A stretch of 64,000 bases of DNA from Eledone cirrhosa. Lineage: Eukaryota. Under the pieces are notes generated by a model. The model worked only from the letters and a program-made list of their open reading frames with translations. It did not search any database and was not told the DNA's origin. Location: assembly GCA_964016885.1 (NCBI GenBank), contig OZ024746.1, positions 62,744,001 to 62,808,000 of the forward strand. Direction: 5' to 3'. The position numbers and the translations under genes were made by a program. Below are positions 27,702 to 40,715 of this stretch, piece after piece (positions within the stretch are counted from its first letter, which is position 1; the number at the start of each line of letters is the position of its first letter).

Positions 27702-28952
27702 ATTCATTAGTTAAGCAAAACAAGACCACAAATTTCACAAGGAAGACATTATTAAAAGATTGTCAACATATTTTAGTTTGATGTAAGGAATGTAGAGAAT
27801 AATAATAATAATATTAATAATAATAATATTATTATTATTAATATTATTATTTGCATTTATCTTGCTTTATGTTTATACGAGTTATCACCAAGTCACAACC
27901 AGTGACCTCAAGAGACAACAAGGTCCGCCATGTTCAAGAAAGAACATACATATTCACACATGCATCCTTAGTGTTTAGACTTGTGATGTACTTATATTGA
28001 CAGGATCTTCCTTAGTATATGGGCAGTTCCCATTAGTACTATCTTTTGTATTTCTCCTATACGCGGGTTTCCTGGGATTTGCGATAAGTAGTCGTTAGAC
28101 CCCTTAGGTATCATTCCCAGAGCGCCTACAACCACTGGTATTGTTTTAGTTCTCAATTTCCACATTTTTCCAATTTCTATCTCCAGGTCCTTAAACTTGC
28201 TCAATTTTTCAAATGTTTTTATAGATACATTCTTGTCTATTGGAACAGACATATCAATTAGCAGGCATATCCTCCTTTGAAAGTCCTTCAATATTATATC
28301 AGGTCTATTTGCATCTATTTTTCGGTCTGTTTGGATGCTAATGTTCCACAAGATTGAGATGTGATCTTTTTCAAGTATGGGAGGTGGTTGATGCTCCCAC
28401 CAATTCTTTTGAATGTATGTATTGTGCAGCTCTGTCATGCCTGTTTAGGTATTCGGTTGGAGCTATAGGACTGCACATTGAAATTATATGGTCAATGGTC
28501 TCTGGTTGTTTTTTGCATACACGGCATAATGGGCTGCACCCATTTTTTATTATGTTGGCTTGGTAATTTTTTGTTGGCAGACACTGATCTTGTGCCGATA
28601 TAATCAGTCCTTCAGTCTCCGATTTCAGTCCAGAGGATGCCAACCACTGATGGGTTAAAGTTTTGTCAACATCAGGATTGTTAGCTCGCTCTGGGTATTT
28701 TCCATACAGAGGCTTTTCTTGCCATTTCTTAGCCAGTTTCTGTAGCAGTTCTTTCTTTGCAGTTACTTTTACCTGCTTTGCTTTTTCTGTGTTTTCCATT
28801 TCAGCAGTAAATGGAATATTATTAATATTATTATTATTAATATTATTATTATTATTCTCTACATTCCTTACATCAAACTAAAATATGTTGACAATCTTTT
28901 AATAATGTCTTCCTTGTGAAATTTGTGGTCTTGTTTTGCTTAACTAATGAAT
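27702..28952. repeat. ~129-bp essentially perfect inverted repeat arms (27702-27830 and about 28824-28952)
   Basis: Arms are reverse complements by direct reading. Confidence 0.9.
27850..28813 (-). mobile_element. R4/Dong-like RLE LINE 3' fragment
   Basis: CRVC-x7-HIISMC zinc knuckle, RHD, and NRPD..IDMSVP..K restriction-like endonuclease motifs; frameshifted; (TAA)n on both sides. Confidence 0.9.
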
Positions 28953-31452
28953 CATCATCATCATCATCATCATCAGGTTTAGCGTCCGTGTTCCACGCTT
29001 GCATGGGTTTGGACGGGGGTTTTCCCACTTGAGGCAAGAGTGGTTGTCTTGCTCGCATAGGACTGTCTGGCGGGTTTTCTACAGTTGGATGCCCTTCCTA
29101 ACACCAACCACATTTACAGTGTGGGGCTGGGAGGTTTTTACCGTGTTGCCTACACGGCCACATTACAGCGTGGACTGTCTGGCGGGTTTTCTACAGCTGG
29201 ATGCCCTTCCTAACACCAACCACATTGACAGTGTGGGGCTGGGGGTTTTTTACCGTGTTGCCTACACGGCCACATTTACAGCGTGGACTGTGTGTTTTTT
29301 GTCGTGACACCTACACGATCTCATTTGTTTCGGCCTGGATGTTGTGGGACCAACATAACTTTACATTGAAAGGGGCGGTGTAGGTGGGGTGGAGGTGGTG
29401 GGACGGGGGTGTGTTTTGATAGAGATGCCTACTGACTGTAGTAGGTTTTTACTTTGTATTTAGGTAAGGCGGGTCTTCTCTATTACTGAGTACCGCCAAA
29501 GGTCTCGGTCCAGTGACATTGTCTTGGAGAGGTGTAAGCGTGTGAGGTCGGAATTTATCAGCTCGTCCCATGTTTTTCTGGGTCTGCCTACTTCGTGGCT
29601 ACCGTCTATCTTTATTGCCCTGCACTTTGTTATACAGCTGTCGTCTTTCATGCGCATCACGTGACCGTACCAACGTAGCCTTCTCTCGAGTAAACAACAT
29701 CTGATCCCTCTTATTTCTAATTTTTTCCTTAGTTCGTTTATGCTTTGCCGTTCACGTATATTACTATTGCACATCCAGCGGAGCATGCAAGCTTCGTTCC
29801 TCTCTAGTCTGCGTATATCCTCTGCACACAATGCCCAGGTCTCACTGCCATGCAGCATTGCTGTTCGTATGCAGGCATCGTATAACCTGCCTTTCATTTT
29901 TAGGGAGAACCCTCTAGCGGCTAATAGTGGTATAAGCTCTCTGAACTTTTTCCATCCAGTTCTGACTCTAGCTACTGTACTTTCAGAGCACCCTCCCCCA
30001 CTGCTTATTTTGTCACCCAGATAACGGAAGCTGTCCACTATTTCTATAGAACCCTCTGCGCAGTTGAAGGAGCTAGTATTTTGCACCGGCCACATGTAAA
30101 ATCTATGTTCTTAGTTAGCTTACCTGTGATCCCACTACATCTTTTATGCACCCATACTTTGCATTTGGGACATAAAATGGAGTTTCTACCTACGCCTTTC
30201 CTACACACTGAGCATGGCCATTTCCCAGATGGGACCGCCGCCTTATTTTCTTTCCTACAAACTAGAACTTTAGTCTTAGCCAGGTTAATTTTAAGGCCTT
30301 TTGATTCTAGGCCGTGCTTCCATGTTTGGAATTTCTTCTCTAGTTCGGTCATTGATTCAGCTATGAGCGTTAGATCATCTGCGTATAGGAGTTCCCATGG
30401 GCAGCTGGTCTTGAACTCCTCTGTTATAGCCTGAAGGGCAATAATAAATAGTAGGGGGCTAAGAATAGAGCCCTGATGGACACCAACTTTTACACTAAAC
30501 TCTTCACTATATTCGTTGTTAATTCTAACCTTACTGACTGTTTCTTTATACATGGCTTGTATAGCTCTCACAAGCCATTCGTCAACACCTAGTTTTCTAA
30601 GAGACCACCAGATAATGGAACGGGGGACTCTGTCGAAGGCTTTCTCCAAGTCGACGAAAGCTAAGTATAGGGGTTTACTTTTAGCTAGGTACTTCTCCTG
30701 TAGTTGTCGTACAATGAAAAGAGCGTCTGTGGTACTTTTGCCTGACACAAACCCGAACTGCATTTCATCTAGATCAATTCTCTCTCTGATTAGTTGCGCT
30801 ATTACTTTTTCCGTGACCTTCATGACCTGGTCGATTAATTTAATGCCTCTATAGTTACTCCTATCTAGGGCATCTCCTTTTCCCTTATAGCAGTTAACGA
30901 TGATGCTGCTACGCCAGTCCTTCGGAACAACCCCATTCTGTACGACTTGGTTAACTATCCGGGTGACCATGGTGTGTCCCACCGAACCAGATGCCTTCAG
31001 CATCTCAGCAACTATTTCCGAAGGCCCAGCCGCCTTACCCGTCTTCATATCTTTGATTGCCTTACTTATTATACTACCTTCAACTAACACTGCTGGTCCC
31101 TCTATTGGATCGATCTGGGGGAGACTGTCTTTCTCCCATTTGTTCTCCTCATTTAGAAGCCTTTCGTAGTGACACTGCCAAGCTACCTTCTTATCAGCGT
31201 CGGTGATGGCAAGTATGCCATCATCGTTAAGTACACACTTCTCCCCGACAATATCACGGTTTTCCTTGACACATTGCCTGGCAATCCTGAACACCTCACG
31301 TTTTTGGTCCTCACGTTGTAGAACATGCTTGAACTTTCTTTCCTCTGCTTCCCTTATTGCGAAGTACACTTGTCTCCTAGCTTCCCTCCTGGCCACTTGA
31401 TAGTCTTCTCTACTTCCCCCATCCCGCCATACTTTCCAAGCCTGCTTTTTGG
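28952..31452 (-). mobile_element. RTE-clade LINE, 5'-truncated (RT plus PHD-like finger)
   Basis: ORF 30044-31519 (NYRGIKL, DLEKAFDRV, GVHQGSILSPLLF, LYADD) frameshifts into 29460-30095; (GAT)n tail. Confidence 0.95.
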
Positions 31453-31453
31453 A

Positions 31454-31487
<34 letters not shown>

Positions 31488-31521
31488 ATGTATGTATATA
31501 TATATATATACATACACACAT

Positions 31522-32045
31522 ATTGAGTGCTACTGGTAACATGTTACCCAGTACAACCTGTCGCATGGTCGGGTCGTCGGCGACTAAACCGGCAACCCCA
31601 CCAAGTTTACCTGGTGAGAAGGGTGATTTTGGACACCCTGCAGGACAAAAAACAAAACCTGACAAAGGGCGGAAGAACTCATAAGAGTCAACGGTCATCC
31701 AAAAGTGTGTAAATATGTATATACACATGTACCGCGCGGTTAAACCACTGGGAGGGAAGGACCCCTAGCCTTTGTCAGGGCATACTTCTAGGAGAAGGCA
31801 ACTCAGGAAACTGGGATAACTCCAATATAAAACCTGCAGCTCAGTAGTAACCGATGATGTTGATCTTTTCTTCTTTTCGGGTTATAGCTACTGTCGCTCA
31901 GAGAGTGGGATTGGCTCAGTGCACAGTCTTTCCTCACTTTAAAAAATATCTTCACGCACAGGCATTGCACGATAGAATTAATTAATAATTATTAATAATG
32001 GTATATCGTGCAATGGCCATACTCGATAACGAGGGGGCAGCCATC
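31522..32045 (+). mobile_element. Non-autonomous RTE-derived (bipartite) element
   Basis: RTE-like 5' UTR motif TCTAGGAGAAGGCAACTC...TAAAACCT and 3' hairpin TGGCCATACTCGATAACGAG...GCAGCCA; related to 34850-35570 and 56597-56935. Confidence 0.6.
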
Positions 32046-32076
<31 letters not shown>

Positions 32077-32174
32077 TATATATATACACATATATATATA
32101 TATAACAGATATTATCTTCCAAGTAACTGTCACACAAAACATTTCAATGTGAATATTGATTAAATGTATGTATG

Positions 32175-32207
<33 letters not shown>

Positions 32208-32447
32208 CAACTAGAAATAGATTGACATATATATATATATAAAATAAACATATGGAACAATCACAGGGGATAATTTGTAAAGTATGTAAGCACACATAGC
32301 TAGGTAGGTAACCAATTAAAGTTTAACTAGAACTTCAAATATGTCTCTCAGACATGACAACCCTTAATTTAATTTTTGGATATATATATATATATATTAT
32401 AAAATAACAGGAAGCTGGGCTGGTGTAATTCCTTAAAAGGTTTATTA

Positions 32448-32507
32448 TACTATGATCATTTCAGTGACCAGGTTCAGTATGAATCTGGTGACATCATCAG
32501 TTCTATC
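32448..32507 (-). ncRNA. Degenerate minimal type I hammerhead motif
   Basis: CTGATGA, ~13-bp stem II (2 mismatches), GAAA-TGATC; poor stem I; AATAAA just downstream. Confidence 0.45.
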
Positions 32508-33067
32508 CATATATAAGTTCTATGCATATATATATAGAGAGAGAGAGAATAGGATTGGTTGTGTAATTGCAGTTAAAGTAGTTTAAAATAGAGTGAGAAT
32601 AAGAAGAAAGCAAGAACGGGGTGAGTTTTCCTCATCAGTTGTCTACTGGGCGTCTTGGATATTTCCACGCTTTAAAGGCGCGATATCGATCGCCCAGAGC
32701 ATTCAATAACTGGGTAAGTTATTGGGGAAAAAACGGAGGAGTGAGGGAAGGAAAATAGAAGGGAATATAATCCGAAACCCCCCCACACACACACACTTTT
32801 ACCATCTATTTTTTGGTCACATATTCCTCAACTTATATTCAAGTGTATATAGTACATATATCAACTTCTGAACTTTAAATGGGTTTGAATCAGCAAGGAA
32901 AACAATTGAAACAATTTTTTTAGCCAATTCATACCAACCCTGCTGCATCTGCTAAACTTACAGGTCATATTAATAACTTACATACTGTTGAGTCTCTCAT
33001 CAGTCATCTCAGATTTCTGAAAGTGATAGGCATGGCCCAGTAAAGCTTCATAGTTCTATTAACTTAT

Positions 33068-33490
33068 AATGGTTTCTTATTTAGGCACAAGGCCAGTAAT
33101 TTGGGGGCAGGGGAAAGTCGATTAAATCGACTCCAGTGCGTGACTGGTACTTTATTTTATCGACCCTATAAGGATGAAAGGCAAAGTTAACTTCGGCGGG
33201 ATTTGAGCTCAGATCATAAAGAGCCGTAACTCTATGCTGCAAAGCATGGCGTCTGGCCCTCTACCGATACTGCCAATCCTCTGCCCTCTCTATTAACTTA
33301 TAATTGTTTCTACTTTAGGCACAAGGCCAGCAATTACCCAGTGCATTACTGGTACTTTATTTTATCGACCCCGTAAGGATGAAAGGCAAAGTCAACCTCG
33401 GCGAGATTTGAACTCAGATCGTAAAGGGACGCAACTATGCTGGAAAGCATGGTGTCCGACCCTCTACCGATACTGCCAATCCACCGCCTT
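33068..33490 (-). mobile_element. Two adjacent family A SINEs (33068-33286 long variant; 33299-33490)
   Basis: Reverse complements of the family A consensus. Confidence 0.9.
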
Positions 33491-33770
33491 ATAATGATTT
33501 CTAGTTAAAGGGGTATGATTTTTGCTTAGGGTGCGAGAGGTCCAGCCATCAGAGTCCTGACTCTTTTCCTCATCATCATCATCATCATCGTTTAACGTCC
33601 ATGTTCCACGCTTGCATGGGTCTGGACTATATATATACACAGAGGTATCCACAGTAAGTTGTGGGGTCTATTCTGCATGAAGAACTTGATGTAATCCATA
33701 TGTTGAAAATGTTGTAGGTTAAGATAAATCCCGGAAAACAATAAAACATTAAAAGGAAAACAGAGTCATG

Positions 33771-34484
<714 letters not shown>

Positions 34485-34849
34485 TTTGAAGCATAGAGGA
34501 AATTTGAAAATATGTTTGCTTCTTGAAAAGTTGAAATAAGGCATTAAGTTGGCTAAAATACTTATTTGTTTATTACTTAGAGTTCATTCACATTGTGGCA
34601 GCAGTTCAAAAACTGAATGTTTTATATTGTTATATAATGTTTACAGTATTTTCTGTGATTTTGTTGCTATTTATTATTTTCAGTGCACAGTCTATATATT
34701 TCCAGTTTCATAAAAATATACAATATTACCCCACAACATAAATTAACTTAGACAATCAACTAAAAAAAAACTCTTATGTATGTACATAGATGTATGTATA
34801 TATGTGTGTGTGGATGTCTGTACATATGTGTGTATGCATGTATGGTCAG

Positions 34850-35570
34850 TTAGTTCTCGAACACTGTTGGTAGCATGTAGCCCAGTACAACCTGTTGGGT
34901 CATCGGTGACTAAACTGACAACTCCACTAATCATGCTTGGTGAGGAGGGTGTTTTTGTGACATTCTACAGTCGAAAAATGAAACCCCTTCAAAAGGTGGA
35001 GGAACTCATGAGAGTCAATGGCAATACATTAATATGTATATATGTATGTGAAGTATATAGGGCTTAGTGGTTAGAGCATTGGGCTTGCAATCCGGAGGTT
35101 GTAAGTTCAATTCTTGGACCGGGTGATGTATTGTGTCCTTGAGCAAGACACTTCATTTCACGTTGCTCCAATTTATTCAGCTGTAGAAATGAGTTGTGAT
35201 GTCACCGGTGCCAAGCTGTATTAGCCATTGCCTTTCCCTTGGACAACATCGGTGGCATGGAGAGTGGAAGCTGGTATACATGAGTGACTGTTGGTCTTCC
35301 AAAAACACCTTTGCCTGGACATGTGCCTCCCATGGTCATTCGTGACTGAAGTGGGTCAAGATGTATATTTATGTATCTATGTACATATATTATGCACAGG
35401 ATATAGAAATACTTAGCTTAGTGTCTGAGTGCATGGTAAGCCCACTGGGTATGAGAGACCTCTGATCCTCATTAGTATAGCTCTCTAGGAGGAAAACTGA
35501 TGTAAAACCTGTGGCTTAACAGTAACCGATGATGTTGATCTGTTTGTCTTTTCAAACTATAGCTATAGTT
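34850..35570 (+). mobile_element. Degenerate RTE-5'-UTR-derived element interrupted by a SINE
   Basis: 34850-35030 and 35420-35570 are colinear with 31522-31890. Confidence 0.65.
35048..35360 (+). mobile_element. SINE with family B head and a different tail
   Basis: GGCTTAGTGGTTAGAGC / AGTTCAATTC boxes and CCTTGAGCAAGACACTT core. Confidence 0.8.
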
Positions 35571-35584
35571 CCAACCTGACTATG

Positions 35585-35875
35585 CAATTCAAACCTGTTC
35601 ATGAAAATAATGAACAGGAGAGGTGACAGTACACACCCTTGACAGAGTCCAACTCCCACATTGAACAGTTTCAATTTAGCACCATTTATCTGAACTCAAA
35701 TACTCAGGCATTCATATAGAGACATCAGGGTAGCAAGAAGCTCACTATCGATCCCATACTACTTCTAAACCTTCCACAGCAGGTCCCAAGGCCCACAGTC
35801 ATATGCCTTTTCGAGGTCTTCAAAACGAGAATATACCGCTTGGCAAAACTCTCATGATTTCATGAAGACCTGCTA
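35585..35875 (-). pseudogene. RTE reverse transcriptase fragment
   Basis: Manual translation DLEKAYD...GVGLCQGCVLSPLLF with in-frame stops. Confidence 0.75.
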
Positions 35876-35879
35876 CATC

Positions 35880-37385
35880 TGGGGCAAAAACTATTAAGTA
35901 TCTCTTTCTAAATAATTGTATGTTTCTTCCATGTTCTTTATCTATTCTGCATTTGTATTATGAGATTTTTCTGCACTCCATACTGATTTCCAAAATTCTT
36001 TAATGTCATGAATTGAAGGAGGTTCCTTTACTTGAATTGTCTGTCTCAATTTCTCTGTAAAACATTTTTTGCATCTGACATAAACAGCTTATTTTGCCAG
36101 TAAAACATATTTCCCTTTTCAAATCTTCTGATACTTCCAGCTTTCAGCTTTACTTTTTGTTTCAGAGTTTCTTTGATTGATGCAATATCAGGTTTTGAAG
36201 TTACTTTGAATTTCTTAATCACTTTCCTTCTTTTTCTTGACTTGACAGATTTCCCAGCACACATTTCATTGAGGATCGATATTTCTTCCCTCATCATTTC
36301 AATTTCTTTCTTAATTTTTATCTCCTAGGGTTTTTTTTTTTTTTGTGAGTGTTGTGTCCGTTTCACTTTTTCCTTAAAACACATTTCCTTTCTATTACCA
36401 TTGCTGTTGTATAAATAACCTCATTCAATTCTGATACATCTGGCTCCATCTCTTCAATTATTGCTTTAACAACCTGATTTCCAGTTCTTATGTGTCTTTT
36501 GTTCTGGTTGTTGCTTGCCTTTTTTGCAAGAATTCTTTTTCACCCATACTAATGTTTTGGGGGTTTTTTTCAACGTTCATTGAGAATTTTTTGTTTTGTT
36601 TGTTCTATCTGATCTTTATGTTCATAAGTAGAAATACCCTTATCCATATTGTCAGTCTGTCTTTCAGTTTGACCCTGCACTGTTGTGCTTTTGATACTTT
36701 CAATTTTCTGTAAAATCTCTCCTGGTGACAATATAGTCAATACGTTTTGTGGTGTCTCTTCTGTCACATATTCATTCCTATCCCTTTCTGATATTGGTAT
36801 TCTCAAATCTTTTTCAACATTCTTCTTAATTTCATTTAACGTTGCATCTGTTAGTCTCTTGTTTCTAAAAATATCTCTTCTTAAATTTGCAAGTTTGTTT
36901 TCTTCCAGGTTTGGTCTAATTTCTAGATTTCTTTCCCTCCATACCCTAAAAGAATTTACTGAGTGTTTTGATTCCAATAGTTTTCCCAATGAGTAATAGA
37001 AGGCATGTATCACTTCTTTATACTCTTCTCAAGTCCATTTAATACGTTGAGTTATTTGTCTCCTTGTGGTGATAAACTTGAAGGGCTTGGGTTGAGATTA
37101 TTCTCATTCAAGTGATCATTCAAATCCATATTTAGAGAAGGGCTCGTTTCAGCTGCAGACTTTTTGACTTTAGGCTGATACCTTCCTGAGGGATGTGCTC
37201 CCTGTTGACTCAGGGGATGACCGATCTGGTATGTGTTTTTGTCTGTAGACATTATGGGGCTTTTTTGTTGTTTCTTTATGTTTTATCCTTCACTGTCAAG
37301 GGGTGATTTTTTTCAACCGAGATTAGTGAGCTTATCCTGCCCATGAGACACAGCTACTCCCCACCGAGTGCCAGCCAATTATTTC
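35880..37385 (-). mobile_element. 5' part of an R4/Dong-like LINE (N-terminal ORF region and 5' UTR)
   Basis: ORFs 36570-37013 (WRERN, NKLANLRRDIFRNKRL) and 36046-36297 (ETLKQKV, RRF, QNKLF) resemble R4-clade N-termini. Confidence 0.65.
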
Positions 37386-37580
37386 TTGACCACAGATTTT
37401 ATTTATTACTATTATTTTTATTATTATAAAATAAAGTACCAGTCACGCACCCTTGTGGCCAATAAAGTTTCTTTATGTTTTATCCTTCACTGTCAAGGGG
37501 TGATTTTTTTCAACCAAGATTAGTGAGCTTATCCTGCCCATGAGACACAGCTACTCCCCACCGAGTGCCAGCCAATTATA
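37270..37580. repeat. ~110-bp near-identical direct duplication (37270-37382 and 37468-37579)
   Basis: Direct sequence comparison; one substitution and one T-run difference. Confidence 0.9.
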
Positions 37581-37637
37581 AAATAAAGTACCAGTAATGC
37601 ACTGGGTAATTGTGGCCTTGTGCCTAAAGTAGAAACA

Positions 37638-37672
<35 letters not shown>

Positions 37673-37744
37673 TGTAGGCCCTTGTGGCCAATAAAGAAAT
37701 TATTATCATTATTGTTGTTGTTGTTGGTGTTATTATTATTATTA

Positions 37745-38328
37745 TTATTATTGTTGTTATTGTTCTTTGAGTCTCAGTCATTGATGTTATTTAACTGGAA
37801 GGTTTGTTGAAACGAATATCAAGCCACTACCTGCAGTCTCAGATATTCAGCACATATCGGAGGGTTCTTGATGTGCCCAGCAAGCATGCCTTTTGAAGTG
37901 TTCCAAAAAGCGGGGCTGAATTAATCTTCTTTAACCATCCTTGGAAACTCTATGAGATAGTACCTAGTGCGCCTCTGACAATCGGGACAACCTTGATTTC
38001 ATGGCAGTTCCAAATCCTTTTTAACTCCCACTTTAAATCCTGGTATCGGTTAATTTTCTCCCTCTCCTTTTCTTGCACTCTCATGTCAAATGGGCAGGCC
38101 ACAACCACAATCAGGCACGATCTTTTTTCCTTGTCCAAAACCACCAGGTCAGGTCTATTGTGTTCCAGTTTCTTGTCCGTCTGTATCCTAAAATCCCATA
38201 GCACCTTCACCTGATCGTTTTCTATCACCGACTCTGGCTTATGCTCATACCACTTCTCAGAATGTGGTAAATTGTTTACTTTGCATAGATGCCAGTGGAT
38301 CACCCTGCCTATCACATCATCATTTGCC
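37745..38328 (-). mobile_element. R4/Dong-like RLE LINE 3' fragment
   Basis: ORF 37950-38330: WYEHKPE, LWDFRIQTD, HNRPD, EKINRYQDL; (TAA)n tail. Confidence 0.88.
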
Positions 38329-38444
38329 ATTCTGAGTTCAAATCCCGCCGAGGTTAACTTTGCCTTTCATCATTACGGGGTCGATAAAATAAAGTACCAG
38401 TAATGTACTGGCTAATTGATGGCCTTGTGCCTAAAATAGAAACA

Positions 38445-38480
<36 letters not shown>
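38324..38480 (+). mobile_element. 5'-truncated family A SINE whose (ATT)n tail abuts the Tx1 element
   Basis: B box, core and tail followed by about 12 ATT units. Confidence 0.9.
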
Positions 38481-38705
38481 GGCCACACATGTGTGAAGAC
38501 AGACAAGTCTGCGGGGGAAAAGGTTCGTAGCTTTAAGCTGTTTTAAAGTGTCTTTTTTTTGTATTTTCTTGTCATTAACGAAACTTAAGGTACACATCTT
38601 GATTTAAAGAGAGGGATACCTCTCAATATTCGGGCTTTAAGCCCGAATATTCAGATTTATTTTTAAAATCTTCGAAAAAAATCGCTTCCCCACCAAAAGA
38701 AAATT

Positions 38706-40715
38706 ATGGAAATTTTCGACCTTGAAACGGTAAACAACGTTCAGATCAAAAGTTTAGAGGCAGCCACTGCAGATTTCACCACGACTACGACGGCTACAGT
38801 CATGCCTATCATCCACTCTACTGAATGTGAAGGCAAAACTAAAAAGCTACCATCACAACCTTCTGGCATAGCAGCAGTATCATCTGAAAACGACATCACC
38901 ACCACCGCCACCACCACCACCACCACCACAACAACAACAACTCAGAGAAATAACGACAAAAACACCGACAGCTTCAATGTAAACAAGGATGGCGGTGGCA
39001 ACAGCAAGAATGACAACAACAACAATAAGAGCATCAGAAACACCACATTTGCTGCAGCAGCAGCAGCAAAAACAAAGCGCTTATTGAATATCGATATTGA
39101 TATTAGCGATAAAGACGAACAGTTGGCCAAAGCGTGGAGGCTAATTAAACGGGAGAAGTCCTGGGCAAACCTGACCATCCCGGACGAGGCAATAGCGGCC
39201 ATGCAAAGGAGGACGGTGCTCTTTCGATGTATTTCGGTGCAGACACGAAAAGTGGAACTTGCGAGCCAAGCAGAGGTAGAGGCTGCTTTGGAGTACATCG
39301 GAAGTAACATAGAGTACAAAGCAAGAGGCAAACAGTTCGGTACCATCTCGGTACTGTTCAAATCCGAGGCCCTCGCTATTAAGCACTCGGTGATCCCCTG
39401 CAGAACGGAACGCATTATCATGCATCCGTCCTATATGAGTAAAAGGACAGTGAAGGTACGCATTCCCAGCATCCCACCAGGAATGAACATATGGTGGCTG
39501 CTGGGATGCGTAATCGAGGAGGGGACAGACACCACCCTCCTGGACATCAAAAGGACAGAGAGAGAAGACTGGTCCGGAATGGATTTGGAGATTCTTCTCC
39601 AAATGAAACCGGAGGATATAAATAACATCCCAGATTTTGCCCGCCTGCAGGACGGGACAACAATCCAACTAATGATTGACGGAAGAAGGCCACACTGCTT
39701 CGTTTACGGGGAAGCCACGCATCTTCAAGCCTTCTGCCCTCAGCGCAAAAATGCAGGGGGTCGCAAACCTCCTTTGTTGCCAACGCCAGTGTCAGCACGG
39801 AAGGCTGCACCACCACCACCACCAAAAACAACATCAACAAAAACACGGACACCAACATCAAAAGCAGCCGGATCACCACCAACACCAAAACCAATCCAAG
39901 GAGAAAACGAGGAAAGCTCTCCCACTCCCCCTACCCCCCCCCCCCAACTATATACATACACAAAAAAAAAATAAACGCACACACAGACACAGAGACACTC
40001 ACAGACACAGACCCTTTGTCTTCCAGCAGCGAAGATGAAGGAATACCCAAAAGTGCAAAAAAACAGAGAAAACTCACCAAAAAAAAAAAAGCCCCTACAA
40101 AACACAAAAACACACACAACAAAAAATACAGACACCACTAACGCAGACACTTCCCCAATAACATCAGCACCATCAGCAACATCGACACCACCTCCACAAT
40201 CCCTGAAACGCAAACAACCTAAACAAACACAAGTACAAATAAACACACAAATACCTGAAATTGCAGACACCACACCTACAACAAACATAGACATACCCGA
40301 AACAACACCACCAAAACCATCGCCACCACCTTCACCAAAACGAAAGCAAATAAAACCACACCAACAAAATGTTAAAAACTTCGTGCTTGTCAGAAGGGCC
40401 AACGATAAACTGATGGCCCTCTTAGCGCGAAGCATGGACATTCAAACAGAGGGGGAGATTTTTGAAATGAGCACATTTTGCGTGCCAGAAGATTTGCTTC
40501 TGGTCCGAATGTCACTCAATTCCTTCAAAGAAATTCGAGAGAGCTTTCCTCAAGACGTGGGAAACCCGAATGTGAAACCCACATCAAGACTTTTAAAGGG
40601 GTTCCCAAAAGAAACCCCACCAACCATGGAGGTCGAACCACCCGACCTTCACAAGACCCGGGAGGTAAGTAAACCTTCCCTCTCTCTCTCTCTTAGCTTA
40701 CCAATATGGCCATAG
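38706..40715 (+). pseudogene. Tx1-like ORF1 (gag-like, zinc knuckle), broken near the A-run at ~39965
   Basis: ORFs 38706-39974 and 40035-40715; CFVYGEATHLQAFC is a CCHC knuckle with C-to-Y change; Pro/Thr/Lys-rich tail. Confidence 0.75.

Noticed and set aside
31522-31620. HDV-like ribozyme at the 5' end of the RTE-derived element (also considered at 37270-37385 and 38481)
   Set aside because: The nested double pseudoknot could not be assembled by eye; a descriptor search is needed.
32625-32660. Additional hammerhead (CTGATGAG on the minus strand)
   Set aside because: No stem II followed by GAAA and stem III could be built.
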